Positions 63,790 through 64,000 of a stretch of 64,000 bases of DNA are shown here, piece by piece (position 1 is the first letter of the stretch; each line of letters opens with the position of its first letter). Under the pieces are notes generated by a model. The model was given only the letters and a program-made list of their open reading frames with translations, was not told the DNA's origin and made no database searches. The DNA comes from Phaeosaccion multiseriatum (taxonomy: Eukaryota; Protista; Ochrophyta, other classes). The DNA lies in the NCBI GenBank assembly GCA_965112735.1, contig OZ218952.1, positions 4,154,001-4,218,000 on the forward strand. Reading direction: 5' to 3'. Position numbers and translations under genes: made by a program.

Positions 63790-64000
63790 CTGGTTGGTAT
63801 TGGTAGTAAGACAATGGGTAGGTGGATGGGTGGGTGGGTGGTTAAATTGGTTGGTTATGTGGTTGAGTAGGTAGGCTGGGTGGGTGGATTGGGCTGGTGG
63901 GTCATTGGGTGGGTTGGGAGAGTCAGGTGGGTACGGTGGGTGGGTGGGTGGTTTGGTTGGTTGGGAGTATGATTGAGTGGTTAGGCAGGTGGGTGGGTCG

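Overview
Intron-rich eukaryotic nuclear DNA with GT-AG introns full of microsatellites; no prokaryotic features, RNA genes or CRISPR arrays were recognised. A plastid-type bipartite leader (signal peptide + AFAP) and a UGP/PGM fusion point to a photosynthetic stramenopile (ochrophyte); this is inference. Left to right: two tandem paralogous modular cell-surface protein genes (1-14.3 kb; LNR repeats, acidic ~110-130 aa modules, Cys-rich modules, Pro/Thr stalk, C-terminal TM); CPP1-like gene; an unknown secreted or plastid protein; a decayed region with an orphan Smr fragment; intronless PPR-Smr gene A; LACTB2-like; kanadaptin; WDR55; a CAMK-group kinase; a pseudogenic 5' copy of the WDR26-like gene; an intronless SAM methyltransferase; WDR26/GID7-like; intronless PPR-Smr gene B; and a UGP-PGM fusion cut by the window edge. 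Most notable: (1) two near-identical, probably mitochondrial PPR-Smr genes whose RNA-recognition residues differ, resembling Restorer-of-fertility-like genes; (2) an LNR + putative SEA-like receptor/adhesin resembling the Notch negative regulatory region, built from exons joined by one recurring phase-2 intron; (3) a MITE family with TCG(A/G)CCCCTG termini, 6-bp TSDs and element-specific internal repeats. Exon boundaries were read by eye and family names come from motif recognition, not database searches.
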